From: Azolla caroliniana
Taxonomy: Eukaryota > Plantae > Polypodiophyta
Direction: 5' to 3'
Assembly (NCBI GenBank): GCA_043228905.1
Contig: JBHGNT010000008.1
Span: 4,588,001 to 4,652,000, forward strand
Length of the DNA stretch: 64,000 nucleotides
Shown here: piece after piece, positions 12,801-24,200 of the stretch
Numbering within the stretch: position 1 is the first letter of the stretch
How the letters are laid out: each line of letters starts with the position of its first letter
The notes under the pieces: model-generated
What the model was told of the DNA's origin: nothing
Seen by the model: the letters and a program-made list of their open reading frames with translations, nothing else
Database searches by the model: none
Translations under genes and position numbers: made by a program

Positions 12801-14071
12801 CAAGGAGAAGTTAAGGATATACACGATTTCCCGACATCCTTCCTTGCACATCTCGAGAGAGCCAGAAAAGAAAAGGATCGTTGGTTAGTCAAGGCATATG
12901 AAATTGAGGAAGATGGCTCCTTCAAAAAAATTAGCCACAAAAAGGATATTATGAGAGATCTTTACTACAATGTGGTTTGCGTCGATGTCATTGACATGAT
13001 CCAAAAAGTGCCAAAGAAGGAATATACGCTAATGATTGCAGATATTCCATACGGATTTCAAATGGCAGGGTCATCATACGACGATGAACCGTTTAGGTTT
13101 AAACAATTAGAGAAGATGGTCAAGGATTTTGCTGAGCTAACGATTGCATCCTTGTGGAGAATAGTTGCCTTTCATAGTATGAACCAAGGGTACTCGGTAG
13201 CTCAAGCTTTGAGATCTCGTTGCCATGGCATCGAGAACCTTGCATGGTAAGGATTATTTATATGTCTCATTCACTATATTGCCTTTCTTAAGATTGTTCA
13301 ATCTATTCTTAACTCGATGTAATATTTGTTATAGGATAAAAACCAATGTAAATAGAGGGCCAACCTTTCAGTTCGTAAATGCTATTGAATACATTATGGT
13401 TGGCTACTTCAATGAAATTAAGAAACAAAGAATAGAGGAGCATTCTAATGAAGTGGGAGGTTCAAATCTGTTGGTATTTCCAGCAGTGACACGGAAATTG
13501 CGATATGTCACCACGACAAAATGGGGACTTGTCAACCCATACCAAAAACCTCAACGATTTATGATGCGCTTGATCGAGATGTTTTCTGTCGAAGGAGATT
13601 GGATATTAGACCTCTTTTCTGGCACAGGTATTCCTCGAACTAGGTTAACGATCTTGAGATAACCAAAACTGAATCTTTTTTGTTTGAAAAGTAATTCTTC
13701 ATGTTAATTTCTTCACAAGGACAACGTCTACATGTGCATTGAAGCTCTTTAGAAACATAGTTGCATTGGAGAAGGACGAGGAGCAAGTTATATTTATAAA
13801 CATGAGGATTAAGGCTTTGTGGGAGTGCCCAGACCAGGACGAGGAGGTCGGTGCAAAGAACCTCGCTGATACCGAAAGGTTTCAACCTACTTCGCGAGAG
13901 CCTATTCCTCCGTTAGCCGGGGAATCGGGGGAGCTAATAGAGCTTGATGATGAGCTTATAGAAGATATTTCGTTGGCTCGACTAATAGGGGAAGCCAATG
14001 CACATATAGCCGAAGAGAGTTCTATACAGGATGACGAAGAAAATGACATTGACGATTTGCTTGCTATGTAA
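9866..14071 (+). pseudogene. Six-exon ParB/Srx-like domain plus beta-class N6-adenine/N4-cytosine DNA methyltransferase gene, recently inactivated
   Basis: Exons 9866-9900, 10853-12481, 12558-12696, 12780-13246, 13335-13627 and 13719-14071 total 2916 nt with consistent phases. Start context CCACCATG. Introns are GT..AG except the last acceptor (AA). ParB-like IVPFIVMV...TIGGSHSAEA. MTase motifs LMIADIPYG (13041), WIKTN, NPYQKP, ILDLFSGTGTT, IVALEKD. In-frame TGA at 10875, 11670 and 12099. Confidence 0.85.
9949..10365. repeat. Array of about 8 palindromic 51-bp repeats in intron 1 of the MTase gene
   Basis: Unit core tatacaggaactcgatacg-N-cgtatcgagttcctgtata with period 51 (10001, 10052, 10103...). 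Confidence 0.92.
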
Positions 14072-14497
14072 TAGACTCTTTTTAAAACGCAAAATGTATT
14101 GTTTGGAATTCACATTATTAATACAAATTTTGGGTTTTACTTGGTGGATTCTATTCTTTATAATCTTCTATATGTTTCAATTTTATTTTTATATACTTGG
14201 TTAGTAGACTTATGACATTGGTTTCACCACGTGCATTGTAGACTACCAAATTTATGGAGAAACATGAATTAGTTTAAATTGAGGCTGATTTTGGTCAAAC
14301 TTTACCTTAACATAACATGGTCGTAGAATTGTTGCTATGACTGTCCATGTTGTTATTATGGATCTTTGTCTTCTATTGTTAAAACGATTATGTTTCTCTT
14401 CCATTGCTGCTTAGATTGTGTAGTGTGTTGATAATGGTTCCACTAGCGTTATCCGCATGTTTTTATACGCTTGTAGTTCCACTAGCATTTTCGTTCG

Positions 14498-14775
14498 GAG
14501 TTTGATCCCGTGTGAATCACCTAAGGAATAGATTAGATCAATTTTAAATACAAGTATGAAAGCCTTAATAGGTTTGTTATTTCCACCACAGTATCCTAAA
14601 GTTCACTATCTTACATTGTCTACAATTAAATACATATGGTTTGATCCCATACGAACAAACTGAGGAATAGATTAGATCAACATTAAATATAAGTATTAAA
14701 TACCTTAATAAGTTAGTTATTCCAATCACATTATCCTAAAGTGCACTATCCTACATTGTCCACAATTATATACAT
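14498..14775. repeat. Degenerate tandem duplication, about 140 bp
   Basis: gtttgatccc...ggaatagattagatcaa...tatcctaaag..cactatc..acattgtc occurs twice. Confidence 0.75.
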
Positions 14776-14879
14776 GCGAGTCTGGGTCAAAGTATAAATT
14801 ATAACTCATTTTATTAGTATGGTTACAAGTACACCTCATATTTTTGTAAAACTTACCAAATTAATATAAGTCTTTAACT

Positions 14880-15152
14880 TAGTGTTTCCCATGTCGCACA
14901 TTAGTGACATATTGAGCCATTGTTGAACTTTATTATGCCTACATTAACTTATCAACACGTCCAAACTTATTTGAATTTCTAATGATCTCCACTCGTAGAC
15001 CTATCATGTATTTTTATATTTGCAAATTCTAATCAAGTTGTGGAACATATGATACTAGTACATCCAATTTTTGTAGACAGGGTATATTTGGATAGTTTCA
15101 AGAAGATTCTACAAGTGGAATGTGCAATCCTTCCACTTGTGAACGCGAACGT
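14880..15152 (-). mobile_element. 3' end of an L1-like LINE, separated from its body at 32788-35900 by the Gypsy insertion
   Basis: Degenerate C-x2-C zinc-knuckle-like frame (MAQCH*CATWETLS). The ACGT TSD links 15149-15152 with 32788-32791. Confidence 0.45.
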
Positions 15153-15928
15153 TGTCGTGTTGTTACACTCTCGCGTGTGAAATGAGGCGGAACCGCGAGG
15201 GCCCTGAACCAAGGAGCGTGAGAAAGATGAGGGAGAGTGATTCACAGAAACACAAGGAGAGAGACGGGAACATAAGATTCAATTACAATGTCAACAACGA
15301 TTACAACCGGCAAACCGGCAACAGACCCCAAACGGGGGTCCCACGCACACACACAAACAACACAGAGAACGCACGGTGGAGCCTCTGCTGGAAGCACACA
15401 GGCTCACACGCAGCAGAGGCAACCGACACAGAAACGTAGTGGAGAGCAACGGTTCAGGAGGAGAGAGCTCGGTTCCCAGTCCGACAGCACTTCGTCCTCG
15501 CCAAAACGCGATACCTATCTTCTTCTTCTCCCCTCCCTTTTATAAGTCGTCGAGGAGGCCGTTACATCAAAACACATCAACTTTATTTTGTTGATCATAC
15601 GATCGTCGACAAGGAGTGAGAATGGTGTATCATCAGTGCACGGCTTAGAGAGCATGAGAGAGAGAGAGATTAAACCTTCATAACTTAAATTGCTATAAGG
15701 ATTAAAGCTTAAATATAACTAAAATATCTAAAACTATAATGAGAAAGGGAGAGAGGGGTAGTCATTAAGTATTAATTAAAAAGACAAACAAATGTTACTA
15801 ACATGTTAAGAGAGAGTGTGTGTGAGTGAGTGAGTGAGTGAGTGAGTGAGTGAGTGAGTGAGTGATTAAGAGCAAAGCTACTACTAATTATCATTAAGAT
15901 TAGAAAAGAAAAGAAATTACATGGGGAT

Positions 15929-15987
15929 ATGGTCATGAGCAAACTAGTTTCGCCCACTATGGGGCTCATCAGGGCTAAAATGACCAT
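15929..15987 (-). ncRNA. Minimal type I hammerhead ribozyme motif, possibly degenerate
   Basis: Minus strand reads atggtcattttagcc-CTGATGA-gccc catagt gggc-GAAA-ctagtt-tgctcatgaccat. It has the conserved core, a perfect stem II, a palindromic short stem III and an 8-bp distal stem I. Confidence 0.75.
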
Positions 15988-16302
15988 TAGGGTTGGATAG
16001 GTTTATATAAGGAGTTTTAGGAGAGGGTTTAGAGAAATGACAATAGGGAGTGGGGGTGTGTGCTTATGGATATGATTTGGAAAGGGGAAGATTTGGAGAA
16101 GAAGGAAAAGGATATTATGAGCTTTAATGTGACAAGGGGGAGGTTTTGGTATAAGGAAATAGAGGTCATAATGTTAAGGAGGAATAAGAAAAGAGAGAGT
16201 TAGGATATGAAATGTAAAAGGAGGGGAAATATTAAAAGGGGAGTTAAGATTGAGGGGGAAATAAGGAAAATATGTGAGATGATGAGAAGGGAAGGAAAGA
16301 GG

Positions 16303-16344
<42 letters not shown>

Positions 16345-16565
16345 AGAAAGAAAGAAAGAAAGATATATTAACGTCTTCTAAGGCCAAAATTGGCCCATGA
16401 GACAAATGGTGTACAACAAAAATGGGATATTTACCCATTCATCGAAAGTAAAAATAAAAATAAGATAAAATAGAGTTTAAGCTAAATAGTTCTAAGAAAA
16501 CAACAAACATGTTCTATATAAAAAACATGTTCTACAATGAGAATGATTCTATACTAGGCCTAATT

Positions 16566-17948
16566 TCATTTCCATCCAAGTCTCTCGAAGAGAAGCGGGG
16601 GGTCAAAGGGTTGCCATGATGTGGATGTGGCCCGTGGTCCCCATGTAAGAGGTACCCCAACCATAGCTTCGAGTCGACGTAGCTCACGTTCCCTTATCTT
16701 CTTAATCTTTTCTACTCCACGTTGACTTGTGTTGAAGCCCAACATCCGAGGACGTTTGGTTGCTCTTTGTATTTCTGCTTCCTCAAGGGAGAGGCCGAGC
16801 GGCATAAGTGTATCCACATTCATCGTCTCCCCATGTTCCTGAAAAATTACACTAGGTACATGTTGATGAGTAGTAAAAGGGTTATGATTAACACTTTGTA
16901 ATTTATCCTCCCTATGTTGTTTTAGCTCTAAGATATACCTACCTAGTCTCTTTACACTCGGGGTATCTAATAGTTTGGAGAGGGTAGGAGAGGGTCCTAG
17001 TATGTCTTGGTATTCCGCCCGTATCTCGGCATAAGTTGGGCACTTGCATGTGAAGTGATACTCATCCTCTATCTCTATGTGGCATAACCTACATAGCCTT
17101 TCCTCTCTAGGGACTCTATTAGCTCGACCATTCTCAATCTCAAGTTGGTGAGATGATATCCTAAGTTGTCCAATGGCCACCCTTAGTGCATTTGATAAGA
17201 AAGTATCTAGGTATCTTGGTCGTGTAATAAACCCTAACTTAGAGAAGTGCAAGAAGTGTTCCTTATAGTACACCATTTTAGATGGGAGTGGCTCTCGTGG
17301 GGTGATCCATTTGTATCGAGTGTAGATTTGCCATATTTCTTGGCGTATCACTTTATTACGATCTTCACGAGAGATTAAAGTTTGATCAGTCCCATGGTTG
17401 TACTTAAGGGGAGGTAGGTTATTAATGTCTATGCCATTTGCAAATAACCAACTCACCACAATGCTATACCAAGAGTTGGTGTCTCCAGACACATGTAAGG
17501 ATCGGGATGCCTCAAAGGCTCGACGGGATATCCTATCTTGTGGTTGACTATGTATCCGATGAATAAAAGCTACCACTTGAAAGAGTGCTTCTACTAACAT
17601 CGGGGGTAGGCTAAACTCCGCTCTAATAATGTCATGTGGTACTGTCGATTTGCTTCGGAGTTGACGTGATAACATCACCACTAAAGGTCTCTCCAATTGC
17701 GTCCACATGAAAGATGGTAGACCTGGAGCCCATACTACTGATGCATACATGAGGGACGGGGTCACTAATGAGTCGAAAAGCCATCCCTTAGTCCGTGGCT
17801 CTTGAAAGTATGCTTGGTGGCATTGTCTCTCTAAGAGTGAGAGGGATGCATATCCTCTCGTTAGCCTATCTTTGGCTGCCTGGGTCATCGAGAATTTACC
17901 TGAGCGAGCACTAAAAGTGACTCCCAAGTATACATAAGATCCCACCAC
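16566..17948 (-). mobile_element. 5'-truncated RTE-X-like LINE ORF2 C-terminal region, 460 aa uninterrupted
   Basis: Contains YVYLGVTF (RT thumb), LRISSHQLEIENGR, and the zinc finger CRLCHIEIEDEYHFTCKC. Confidence 0.8.
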
Positions 17949-20900
17949 CTCAACTAGTTTATGAGAGAGGATGAGGTGACATTTACTCCTAACTAGTTTA
18001 TGAGAGAGAGGGAGGGAGGGAGGGAGAGAGAGAGAAAGAGGGAAGGAGAGAGAGAGAGAGGGAAATGAGTAGAATAAGGGGAGTGAGTAGATCTACAAGG
18101 ATCAAGGGTCGGAAAACGAGAGAAAAGTAAGAGAGAGAAAGAGGGTAGAGAGAGGAGAGAGATGCATGTGTAAACTAGACAAAGTAAGAAAGAGAAAGGA
18201 AATTGGAGAGAGGTAAGGGAGGGAGACAAGTGTGGGGAAAGAGGAAAAAGGAAAAAGAAAAAAGGGGGAAAGTTATAGATTTAGGAAGAGGATGGGGAGG
18301 GGTAGGGTAAGAAAAAGTAGAACATGGGTGAGGGTAGGAAAACAAAAATAGAAAGGTGGATAAAATAGGATAGGAAAAGATTTTGAGAGAGGGAAGGTAT
18401 GGGGGTAGGGTGTTTAGTTTATAAGAAATGAGGGGGGGTGTTTAGGGGAGGAGTAGAGTGGTAATAGGAAAAAGTGGGAGGAGGGGTAGAAAGGTAATTT
18501 TGAAAAAGTGAGGGGGAAGGGTAGGAGGGTAATTTAGTGAAGAGTTGCCTCCTAATAAAGTGATGACCTTTGCGGCGGAAGCATCAGCGACACCAACACC
18601 CATCAAACCACATAACGCCAACAAACGACCCAATAAAATACTACGAGCTTCTATAAATTCCCCTACTAGACATCGTATTCTCCGAATCCGACGAAGCGCC
18701 AACAAACGACCAAGCAAAAGACCAAGGGCGCCTTTAATATCTCCAAAACTCTTGTACTCAAATAAAGACAAGGTAACTTTGTCGGATGCCACTCTTTATT
18801 CTAAACATTTTATTGATTATAAAGTTAAAATCATAGCCGAGTTTAAATCCCTTTATCGACGCTCTAAGAAAACCAAAACTACTTATACTCGTATTTTAAA
18901 CCTAAATGAACACGATCTTACCCCTAGCTTAAGAACCAAACCACCTAACTTGAATATAGAACATAAGGAGTTAAATATTAGTATGCATAATGAGTTTAAT
19001 ACTATCACTAAACAATATAATAAAGAACTAACTCGATGTTATATTAAACATCTAGACTTACTCGCTCATAGCTATGCTAAAGACTTGGATGATTTTCCTA
19101 ATAAAGTTATATTAGATATAAGTAAGATCGTTGAAGTCATTCAAGAGCCCTTATATTCGCAATCAATATCTTCTAATACTAATAGTAATACTTTTAAAGA
19201 AACCTTAGCATTATGGTAACAAACCTTTGCTATAGAAATTTTACAAGCATGTGATGATTTTGCAATGAATCACACAATTGAAACTGCCATACATTTAAAT
19301 GCTACTAAATATAAAGAAAAATCACTCACAAACAATGAACTCCTAGAAAAAACACACATAAGTATTGCAGATACATCAGAGAAGTTAAACATTAGAAAAA
19401 TAGATATAGAGATGAGTGAAGAGAATGACTATGAAGATTATTATAACAGTCCATCACACTTTACAACTCTCGATAACACGAGTAGTGCTAAACATAACAG
19501 TGATGTGCATGTCCGACCATTTGGTCCTAAAATGATACATCCTAACACATATCATAAGCTTAAAACCAACCCTATTACCAACCCTAAAAATAACACCAAC
19601 CATAAGCCTAACCCTAAAAATAACACCAACCATAAACCTAACCCTAAACCCTTGCAACAAAAGCCTCTCCGACCAACCAATCATCACTCCCTCCCCCGAT
19701 TTACCTACAATATAGCCACAAACGAAGTCAGTAAGAACTTCGTCCCCCCTTTCAACCTTAATGGCCCAAGGATCACATTTATTAACCAAAATAAATTTCC
19801 CTCACATCCCTATACCACAATCAGCGTCGGACACCATCCACATACTTCAGTACCGACATTCGACATGAACCAGCCACCCACTAACAACGAACGCCGACGC
19901 GACCAGTACCATTCACAATTACAAGCATGGCCGCCACTCCATCTTCGACCCGGTAACGACCATATCTATGGAAATGGAAACGGAAACCATCATACATACC
20001 CATTCTCCCCCTCCAATGTAAGGCTCCGGACTGTGTGTGAAAACCGGCCTATAGATCTAAAACCCCCCCCTCCATGGCATGATGCACGGGACTGCACAAG
20101 GCACCCGGCATGGATACATGCCCCCTCTCCTCCCAACCCCACACATGTATTATGAAGAAAACAATGTCTCCCACCTACGTAACCCTAATCTTCCCCACTC
20201 CTCTCTCCCCCCACACAACCTCTCTGTACAAACAACTCCCTCCTCCTCCTCCTCCCTCCCTCCCTCTTTCTCTCACTCGTTCCCCCATCCTCCTCCTCCT
20301 ACCCCCTTTTTACTTTCTAAATATTACATGGATACCCCCTCCCCCTTTTTGTCTCATTCTTACTCTACCCACCCCCCTGATGTTGAAGAATTCCATTCAA
20401 ACCCCCCACAATTTTCTTCCATTTATCACTCTACACCTCCCCCATTATCATCTAATTTTCATAATGCCCTTCCCCACCTTTTTTCAAATCCTTACCCTAC
20501 CCATACCCCTTTAATTAGCCCACATCACTCTCGTTATACTTATCATTCCCGCCCAACACATCCTCCATATTCAACTCATCTCCCCCCTACACATCCTCCA
20601 TATTACACTAACCCCTCCCCCCCTTTCTTCCTAACACAAAAACCCCCAACTTTTATTCTAACACTCCCTTTCTTCCTAACACAAAAACCCCCAACTTTTA
20701 TTCTAACACTCCCTCACATAAAAACTATAAACACTATAAAAATACATCAAAACCTTGTCCTCCCCCAAAACCACTAGGAGACCCACAACCTAGTAGACCA
20801 AAAAACGGTTAGTTAGGCGTGCTAAACGCGTTAACAAACAGTTTAGACACGCCATACACCCTAGCAAACGTTTATTCTACCTAATTAATAGATCCCCCTC

Positions 20901-21226
20901 CACCCAAGACACATATATGTGGTTTGGGGGAAAACAAAAACTATTTCCCTTCCTTCCACACCCCAAATCCCAAAATAAAAAACCTAGAACCAAATTCTAG
21001 AAACCTCTTACTAGTACACAAGTAATTCATAGTAAAATCCATAACACCTTCACTTCCTCTCAACCCCTTCAAACTACCTAACCCTAGTTGGATGCCACCC
21101 ACAGAATATCCACCCCTAGTCTCCATAATAGGAAAACACCAACACATCCTTAACCAAATAGCACACAACATTAAGCCCATAAACACTAGAATCCCATACC
21201 ACCTCTCTAGAGCCTTTAAAAGACTC

Positions 21227-24200
21227 TGTGAAAGTGTTTTTAGAATCTAAGCCATTGAACATTAGGAGAATATAAAGTATAGATAATTCACCTTTTGAGG
21301 ATAAGAACACGAACTAAGACCTTAGGGAAGAAGTCAAAAGTAAAAGTACGAGACCAAGAGAAAAGTAAAAAGAGAAAACGCAGACTATAAATAACAGTAA
21401 AAATAGAATGGTCATAACTCCCTCGTTGTTTATCCAAATATCACGTTTAAATATGGATTAGAAAGCTTGTAAAAAGAGCTTTCTATAGCTTTTTAAATCG
21501 CTTAATTTGGATATCGGATGAGGGAGATATGACGATTAGAAGGTCGATGTGTCATAGCTAAAAATAGGGAGATAAAAAGCTTCTAAAAATAGCATGAACG
21601 TGGATAAGAAGAGGAAGGTTATAAAAGAAGAAGTGATATTAGTGAGGAGGGGGCCAAGAGTGAAGGCCAAGAGTGGGGGCGAAGAGTGAAGGCCAAAGAG
21701 TGGATGAGGAGTGTTAGGAAGAAGTGTCTTTGTGGAAGAGGAAGTGTCTTAGAAGAGGAAGGTCTTTGGTTTTAGTTCAATGTGGAGTTTGTCTCCTTTG
21801 TATTCTCTTGATGTTGAAATATCAGAACATTCTTATTTCTTGCTCGCTTTCTCTATCTTTTTTCTTAGTTTCTTGAGTTATACTCTCTAATCATAATTAC
21901 CTAGAGCTATATTATGATTTTCAACTCCATCTAATCGGTTTGGTCAAGCCCTCATATAGTGTATAACTATCTATTATCTTATACACCCTATCATTTTGGC
22001 GCTCCAGGGAGGGCCGATCCTTTCCGTATAGGAAGAGAAGTTATCATTTAATTGTGTTACTATATTACATTAACTTAGCTATGCAATTTGCATTTTCGGG
22101 TGAAAGAACACAAGATGCTGGTGCCTTTTTGGCATGCTTTGAGCATCATGCCATATCTATTGGACGCATCACCGACAACGAAAAGTTGCCCTTGTTGGTA
22201 GCTACATTCTATGGTCGTGCTCGAGATTGGTATGACTCTCTTCCGCAAAATGAACAAGGAGAATATCAATTATTGGTGCATCAATTTCGTACAAGATATA
22301 TTCAATGGAAAAGTGCAACTGAGGTAAGGGAGGAGCTTTTTCAACTAAAGATGGAATCACCTTTTGGTTTTTTAGAGTATGAACGAAATTTCCAAGAATT
22401 GTGGACGACGTGGATTCGTCTTCGTGGTGGCACCGAAGACGAGTGGTTTAAGATAGAACAATTTAAGGTGGGCCTTGATATGCATTTCCGTTTGGAGGCA
22501 AGCTTGAAGGATCCAACGACTTTTCAAGCTCTTCTCCAAGTTTGTCAAGATTATGATCGACAAGTGAAGATGATGAGTTCCATGGGGGATCCCCAAATGA
22601 CGGCTTTGGGTGCAAATTTGATGCCTCGTGCCAACTTTCAAGCCTTATCTTCAATTGTGCATGGTGGACAAGTGTTTCCAAATGTGTATACCACCACAAC
22701 AATAAACCCAACAAGTATATCTCAAGAAGTGGAACAAGTGAAGAGTGAACAAGATACAATGGCGTTGGTGAATCGGCGCTTTGATGAAGTGATGGCCCAC
22801 TTGCAACAATCCCAAGCAATTCGCAACACTATTCCCGATGGTGGTGGCTCTAGAGGGCATCAAGGTGTAATTTGTTATTCTTGTCAAGAGGAGGGACACT
22901 CAACAAGATGTCCTCATCGACAACAAAGAGGTATGGAAAGAGACATGTATGAAGTGCAACGGAATGGACAACGACCTATCAACAATGGAGTCGAAGGAGG
23001 CGAATCCATAACACTTCCAATGACTCAGGTTCCTACAATTCCTCATAATGTGAATCTTCTTAATTTTATTGATGATAGTGATAGTGCTTGTGAAGTAGCT
23101 CTTGTGAAAAGGACAAGAGCCTCGCAAAAGGAGAAAGAAGTTGAAGGAGAATCTAGTGACTCAAGACAAAAGAAGAAGTCTAAGGAGAATGAGAAAGAGG
23201 ACAAATTGAGAAGGAGACACTCTAGAAGGAAGATAAAGATGGAGGATATTCCTATGGGAGAAGGTGTAGAATCTTTCAATCGGAAGCATGAATTGATATC
23301 GAGTGGACCAAGGATAACATGGCCGCAACTTCTCCAATTATCATCCACATTACAAAATGAGTGGGGGAGGTTTGTGAGTATTTGCCAAAGTCAAAAGACC
23401 GTGCATTACGTGGGGATCATGCGAGTAGAAGATCGAAAGGGCATACGTCCAATCATCCCTGTCTCCATCAAAGGGGTTCACATCAAAGATGCCTTGGGTG
23501 ATAGTGGTGCTAGGGTAAGCTTGATTTCTGAATTTGTAGTAAACAAAGTAGGAATTCCTATTAGTAGGTCATCTTCAACAAGGGTGGTTGTAGTAGATAG
23601 TGGAGTGGTGCATTGCACAAGCATAGTGGAGGATGTGTTCATCAAGTGTTTTGGAATAAGAGGAGAAGCTTGCAACAAATACCACATCAACTTGAAGGAA
23701 AGTGTATCAATTTCCCCAAAGCTTCGGCAATTGAGTGTTGAACAAAAGGAAGAATTTATGCAAGAGTTCAACGCATGGTTACAAGAAAGTTCCAATTATA
23801 AGATGGAAGATTTGAGGTGTGTGCCACCTATAGTTTTGGTTCCAAAGAAGAATGAGATCAATTTCAAACCCTTGAATGATTCGACCAAACGAGATGAATT
23901 TTCACTTCCTTCTCGAGATGAGATTGTCGATAAAATGGTTGTTTATACAAAACAAGGTAGTGTGGACAATATGTTGTGCCAAAAAGGATTTCATGTGGAT
24001 GATTCAAAGATTAACATAATTACAAAGATGACAATTCCAACAAGTCTTGAAGCTTTGAAAGTATTTGTGCAAAAGGTGCGCTCGCTCGAAAGATTCATTT
24101 ATATGTTGACATGCTTACTGCTATCAAGAGTGATGTATCCCATGGCCCTACTAGTCTTTGGAGAATTAACGAAGACATAATGATTGTGGTAACCTCTTTC

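Noticed and set aside
9866-14071. Bacterial or phage contamination as the source of the MTase
   Set aside because: The gene has five spliceosomal-type introns in consistent phase and is contiguous with plant retroelements.
19570-19650. Telomeric repeat tract (ccctaaa motifs)
   Set aside because: It is a 30-bp coding repeat (NPKNNTNHKP) within the PLE ORF1, not a tandem telomere array.
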